A stretch of DNA of 20,000 bases. Source: an uncultured virus (IMG/VR IMGVR_UViG_3300032309_003726). Lineage: Duplodnaviria > Heunggongvirae > Uroviricota > Caudoviricetes. The stretch lies in IMG/VR virus record IMGVR_UViG_3300032309_003726, one strand, 5' to 3'. Position 1 is the first letter of the stretch, and each line of letters begins with the position of its first letter. The translations under genes were made by a program, and so were the position numbers. The notes under the pieces are model-generated. The model made no database searches, was not told the origin of the DNA, and was given only the letters and a program-made list of their open reading frames with translations. Below, piece after piece: positions 16,397-20,000 of this stretch.

Positions 16397-17226
16397 ATAA
16401 TTTGTTTTTTAATATATTCTTTTATATCAACAACAGGACTCCATTGAGTTTTGATACAAGTATGCTCAATATCGGCAAGTGTTGTTTTTGCTTCGCCTTT
16501 TCTAGGTTCGATATACTCAACGGGCGAATTAAAAAAAGAAGCTATTTCATTAATAGAATAATTTTTACCCGATCCTAAATTAAAGATTTCAAAATCCCAG
16601 TCTGTTTTCATTATGCAAACAAGACCTGACACTATATCGTCTACATGTGTAAAATCACGCCTTTGTTCGCCATCCCCGGTTATGGTAAGGTTTTTATTTT
16701 GCTTTTTTTGTTTTTCAAAAATCCCAACAACGGTGGCGTACTCTCCTTCTTCAATTTGTCTAGGTCCATAAACATTAAAAAATCTAGCAATTGCCACAGG
16801 AACTTGAAAAATTTTATTGTAAAGAACGCAATATTGTTCTCCTATGCTTTTGCTAAAAGCGTAGGGATTAGCATAAATGTCATGCAAAACAGAGCTAGAT
16901 CCAGCAAAGATTACTCTAGACTTTGATTTTTTTGCAAAATCTAAAATCTTAAAAGTACCTGTGGTGTTTGAGTCGTGAACATTTGTTGTATCTTTAAAAC
17001 TAGGTTGAATTCTTGGCAAAGCCGCCAAATGAAAAATAAAATCAAAATCATATGAAAAACGACAAGATTCTATATTTTGAACGAAACCATACCTATATGT
17101 TGCTTTTGGATTTTCATGCTTGCAAAAAGCACAATCTAAAGAAACAACTTCATAATTCAAAGAAACCAACTTGTCAACAAGATGAGAGCCGATAAATCCC
17201 GACCCTCCAGTAACTAAACATCTCAT
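16393..17226 (-). CDS. NAD-dependent nucleotide-sugar epimerase/dehydratase (extended SDR)
   Basis: LVTGGSGFIGSHL, FHLAA, SSS, YAFSK (YxxxK), RFFNVYGPRQ and GDGEQRRDFTHVDD motifs. Confidence 0.95.
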   Translation of the reverse strand: MRCLVTGGSGFIGSHLVDKLVSLNYEVVSLDCAFCKHENPKATYRYGFVQNIESCRFSYDFDFIFHLAALPRIQPSFKDTTNVHDSNTTGTFKILDFAKKSKSRVIFAGSSSVLHDIYANPYAFSKSIGEQYCVLYNKIFQVPVAIARFFNVYGPRQIEEGEYATVVGIFEKQKKQNKNLTITGDGEQRRDFTHVDDIVSGLVCIMKTDWDFEIFNLGSGKNYSINEIASFFNSPVEYIEPRKGEAKTTLADIEHTCIKTQWSPVVDIKEYIKKQII

Positions 17227-17792
17227 ATTATCTTATTTTTAATTGGTTCTAGGCGGCAAACTATATTCGTTCCATCAAGTTTTGGCGGAGCCTCCACGGC
17301 TGCGACATCGGATAGAAGATTCAATAACTTTTTGAAAACCTCGAAGCCTTGATTTTTATGAGCATTTTCACGCTGCCTGAATTTACAAACACACTTTACT
17401 TTGTAGCCCTTTGTTAAAAAAACTCTTATTTGATTAGATTTTGTATTAAGATCCCCGTCAGCTATAACATACCTGAAGTCTATTTCTTTTTCTTTAACTT
17501 GGTTTTGCTTGCTATTAGATTCTTTTTGCTTCTTTTGTTTGTCATACATGTATTTTCCGTAATCTATGATATGACAAACTGGAGGTCTGGCGTTGGGGGC
17601 AACTTCAACCAAATCTAAATCAAAACTTCTAGCCAATTGTAGGGCGGATCTACTTTGCATCACCCCTAAATTTTTCCCATCATGAATCACTAAAACCTGA
17701 GGTATTCTAATTTGTTCGTTGCATCTGACTCGATCCTTTTTTGGATTATCATCAAACCTTGAATACCTTCCAAAATTACCATTTATAGCCAT
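17223..17792 (-). CDS. infC: Translation initiation factor IF-3
   Basis: NEQIR, DLDLVEVAPNARPPVCHIIDYGKYMY, KEIDFR..I...DL.TK and FL.KG.KVK motifs. Most plausible start is the ATG at 17792 (MAING...), with AAAGGA upstream. Confidence 0.95.
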   Translation of the reverse strand: MAINGNFGRYSRFDDNPKKDRVRCNEQIRIPQVLVIHDGKNLGVMQSRSALQLARSFDLDLVEVAPNARPPVCHIIDYGKYMYDKQKKQKESNSKQNQVKEKEIDFRYVIADGDLNTKSNQIRVFLTKGYKVKCVCKFRQRENAHKNQGFEVFKKLLNLLSDVAAVEAPPKLDGTNIVCRLEPIKNKII

Positions 17793-17811
17793 TAGGGCTT
17801 TATATCCTTTC

Positions 17812-18858
17812 TTAGATTTCTGTTGTGAAACTATCAACTATTTGAACAATAAATCCTTCGTTATTGGAAGGAAATCTTCTAACCCACTCAACACCCTCCC
17901 CCATAAAACAACCAAAATCCTCTGGTGTTAAACTGGGGCTTGTAAAACTTGGTATAACAGAGACGTTTTGAGAGTTTAAAATTCCATTGTTATTATAGGA
18001 ATTATTTTTATTTGAATTATCTGTTGTCAACAACACAGAGCCGTCATTGTGATTTTCTCCGGTATAGTATTGATTATCGGAGTGAAGGTGAATATCGCCA
18101 TTCCAAGGAAGTTGTTTCAAAAAATACTTATCATCTACTTGGTTGTATTCTAATCTAACGGATGAGTTGGAGTCAGCGGAACCCGTATAATAGAATCCAT
18201 CTTCATTATTTTTAAACACTTCTCCAACCCAATCACCATCAGGAATAAAATAAACAACTTCTATCATTTTTAAAACCTTGAATTCTAGGTAGTAGATTCC
18301 TGGGAGACATGTATCCTCTGGCTTCCAATCATATGTTAAAAAAGAAGATTGAATAACATCATTTTCAAGGGTTCCATCAACATTATTAATATCTTTGAAT
18401 TCCATTTCGGCTCTGGCTTGTTCATTCATTATTCTAAAAATTCTTATCTTGGTTCCTTTTTTATAAGAATTAGCATCTGTTCCATGGTAAGATCTTTGAA
18501 CTTTAATAAATTTATTTTTTTCATCAAAACCAAGAACCAACATTTTTTCTGGTGATCTAACTTGGTCTACTATGATTATATCCCCCACCATAACTTGGTT
18601 AAAACCTATGTTGTCTGCAACAGGGAAGTAATCAACGGACTCATTAAGGTCTGTCTTTAGTTTTGCCGAGGACCACATATTGATCTCTGCAATTAACCCA
18701 CGAAAATCAAAAGGTCCATCGCAATCTTCTATTGAAACACGAAAAGAGGGCCTTGTATCGTGTCTTTTTATGGAAAAATCTGGTGTTACTTGTGAATTTG
18801 CATCTTGGCAACCACATGTGTTGCAACTTCCAGTCTTCAAGTTATATCTCAGTGCCAT
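17812..18858 (-). CDS. BppU N-terminal-like (baseplate/tail adaptor) structural protein with insertions
   Basis: FSIKRHDTRPSF.V...D..G..D and YDW...DT..PG.Y..EF.V...FP pattern resembling BppU_N-type domains. Confidence 0.55.
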   Translation of the reverse strand: MALRYNLKTGSCNTCGCQDANSQVTPDFSIKRHDTRPSFRVSIEDCDGPFDFRGLIAEINMWSSAKLKTDLNESVDYFPVADNIGFNQVMVGDIIIVDQVRSPEKMLVLGFDEKNKFIKVQRSYHGTDANSYKKGTKIRIFRIMNEQARAEMEFKDINNVDGTLENDVIQSSFLTYDWKPEDTCLPGIYYLEFKVLKMIEVVYFIPDGDWVGEVFKNNEDGFYYTGSADSNSSVRLEYNQVDDKYFLKQLPWNGDIHLHSDNQYYTGENHNDGSVLLTTDNSNKNNSYNNNGILNSQNVSVIPSFTSPSLTPEDFGCFMGEGVEWVRRFPSNNEGFIVQIVDSFTTEI

Positions 18859-18869
18859 GATATTATTAT

Positions 18870-19412
18870 TTACCGCTCAGCGAGCATTTTTTGTAAATTA
18901 ACGATCCAATCGGACAGCCAATCTATGTTGCCATTAAATTTTTCAATTTTAGTGCCACCAAGTTTTGCTATTTCAAAAGTTTTTTGACGCCAATCAGAAT
19001 TTTGCAAACTCGAACTTAGGCCAGACTGAAAATCAAAATAAACGACTCTTCCTATGCCTTTGCTAACAATCTGCAACATACAAGCTGGGCAAGGCAAAGC
19101 AGTCACATAGAGGGTGGAGTCTATTAGATTAATATTTTGCAAATAAATATTATTCATCGCATTAATTTCTGCATGAATTATCAAATCATACTTGCATAAA
19201 TTATTTTCTTTGTCAGCAACTCTATCCCAAACTACGTCCAAATCTTTAATGTTTCTCGGGGGACCATTGTAACCTTCACCTAAAACATAATTATCATTAG
19301 AAACGATATAAGCACCAACTTGGGTGTTTGGATCTTTTGAACAAGAAGCTATAGTCCAAGCCAAGCCCATGTATCTAGAATCTCGATCAGGTGTGTTCCT
19401 AAATTTTTGCAT
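18870..19412 (-). CDS. dCMP deaminase family protein
   Basis: SKDPNTQVGA, GYNG, HAEINA and PCPAC zinc-deaminase motifs. Confidence 0.92.
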   Translation of the reverse strand: MQKFRNTPDRDSRYMGLAWTIASCSKDPNTQVGAYIVSNDNYVLGEGYNGPPRNIKDLDVVWDRVADKENNLCKYDLIIHAEINAMNNIYLQNINLIDSTLYVTALPCPACMLQIVSKGIGRVVYFDFQSGLSSSLQNSDWRQKTFEIAKLGGTKIEKFNGNIDWLSDWIVNLQKMLAER

Positions 19413-19417
19413 AAAAT

Positions 19418-19870
19418 CTAACCAACAAATTGAATTAATTGTATTTTAAAATTTTGATCTTTATATTGACTTGACCATTTAGAAAAGTTATTAATTTCTT
19501 CTTTGTTTAAGTATTTTTTAATTAAAGAAAAAGGCAAAGGAACATAACAATCCCAGTCTGATTCGGGGGACATTATCCTGTAACTTATTGGGACAAATCC
19601 AATGTGGCAAATATCAACTCCCTCAAAGCAAAATAAATCCCTAACTGTGTCGTAAACTTCTGGTGTTAAGCAGTTTCCAAAACTATTTTTAAGTTCTATT
19701 TTTTTGTTTTTGTTTAAACTTTCGTGAACACAAAGAGCATACACAAAAGTGCCAACAATATTCTGCTGAACATGTAAAGATTTTTTAATTTCTTTTGAGT
19801 CTCTGGGAATAAATTTCGTATATTTAAGATGCTCATTTGTATCAAAAACAAAACAAAAATCATTTTGCAT
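19418..19870 (-). CDS. Hypothetical protein
   Basis: 150-aa ORF; the frame stays open upstream into the terminal repeat. Confidence 0.65.
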   Translation of the reverse strand: MQNDFCFVFDTNEHLKYTKFIPRDSKEIKKSLHVQQNIVGTFVYALCVHESLNKNKKIELKNSFGNCLTPEVYDTVRDLFCFEGVDICHIGFVPISYRIMSPESDWDCYVPLPFSLIKKYLNKEEINNFSKWSSQYKDQNFKIQLIQFVG

Positions 19871-19886
19871 AAAAATATCTACTAAC

Positions 19887-20000
19887 TCAATCGGTTTCTG
19901 GCTTCTTGGTTTCTGGCTTCTTGGTTTCTGGCTTCTTGGTTTCTGGCTTCTTGGTTTCTGGCTTCTTGGTTTCTGGCTTCTTGGTTTCTGGCTTCTTGGT
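19887..20000 (-). CDS. Probable 3' end of a gene ending in (KKPET)n-D-stop (partial)
   Basis: One minus frame reads AAG AAG CCA GAA ACC repeated, then GAT TGA (stop at 19887-19889). The frame choice is uncertain. Confidence 0.45.
   Translation of the reverse strand, partial: TKKPETKKPETKKPETKKPETKKPETKKPETKKPETD
19893..20000. repeat. Perfect tandem repeat, 15-bp unit GGTTTCTGGCTTCTT, at least 7.2 copies (runs off the window)
   Basis: Directly visible identical units from 19893 to the window end. Confidence 0.97.

Noticed and set aside
560..18987. Antisense or alternative-frame ORFs in the track (e.g. 560..859, 1484..1666, 3706..4029, 4672..4947, 4814..5062, 5728..5928, 6567..6749, 10176..10406, 10611..10811, 10699..10887, 11680..11976, 13678..13863, 14341..14529, 16282..16578, 16645..16926, 17430..17618, 17719..17931, 18349..18555, 18680..18901, 18805..18987)
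   Set aside because: They overlap better-supported genes wholly or almost wholly, and show shadow-ORF composition with no motifs.
19893..20000. Possible CRISPR array
   Set aside because: The units are 15 bp and directly adjacent with no spacers, and there are no cas genes.
1..20000. Stop-codon reassignment (as in some huge phages)
   Set aside because: Recognisable genes are full length under code 11, and TAA, TAG and TGA all occur as terminators at tightly packed gene junctions.
1..20000. Cellular (e.g. CPR) or eukaryotic giant-virus origin
   Set aside because: infC, dnaJ and phoH lack their usual operon partners and are mixed with fibre/baseplate-like and orphan genes, while SD sites and a bacterial-type IF-3 argue against NCLDV. 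No capsid or terminase gene is in the window, so the phage assignment remains an inference.

Overview
AT-rich, densely coding window read with the standard genetic code. It looks like part of a large (jumbo or 'huge') tailed bacteriophage genome rather than a cellular chromosome. Phage-typical auxiliary genes (PhoH, dCMP deaminase, DnaJ, translation initiation factor IF-3, three GT2 glycosyltransferases, an NDP-sugar epimerase, a GNAT acetyltransferase) are mixed with virion-like proteins (BppU-like, tail-fibre modules, an L-type lectin, a 1099-aa Gly-repeat protein) and many orphan ORFs. Four things stand out. (1) A ~345-nt ORF-free stretch (7261-7604) folds into at least six nested long-range helices and is followed by a minus-strand intrinsic terminator; it is a candidate unclassified structured ncRNA. 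(2) Five + strand genes share an F-[KQ]-x-[FW]-[LI]-...E peptide resembling the T4 capsid-targeting sequence. (3) Two of these form a cassette next to the RNA: a HExxH metalloprotease and a protein with OspF/SpvC/HopA1 phosphothreonine-lyase-like motifs fused to an FHA-like domain, i.e. possible virion-packaged effectors against host Ser/Thr phosphosignalling. (4) Divergent gene pairs have almost no intergenic space, and a recurrent TA[A/G/T]ATA element sits close to several start codons. All family calls come from motif recognition by eye; no database searches were run.
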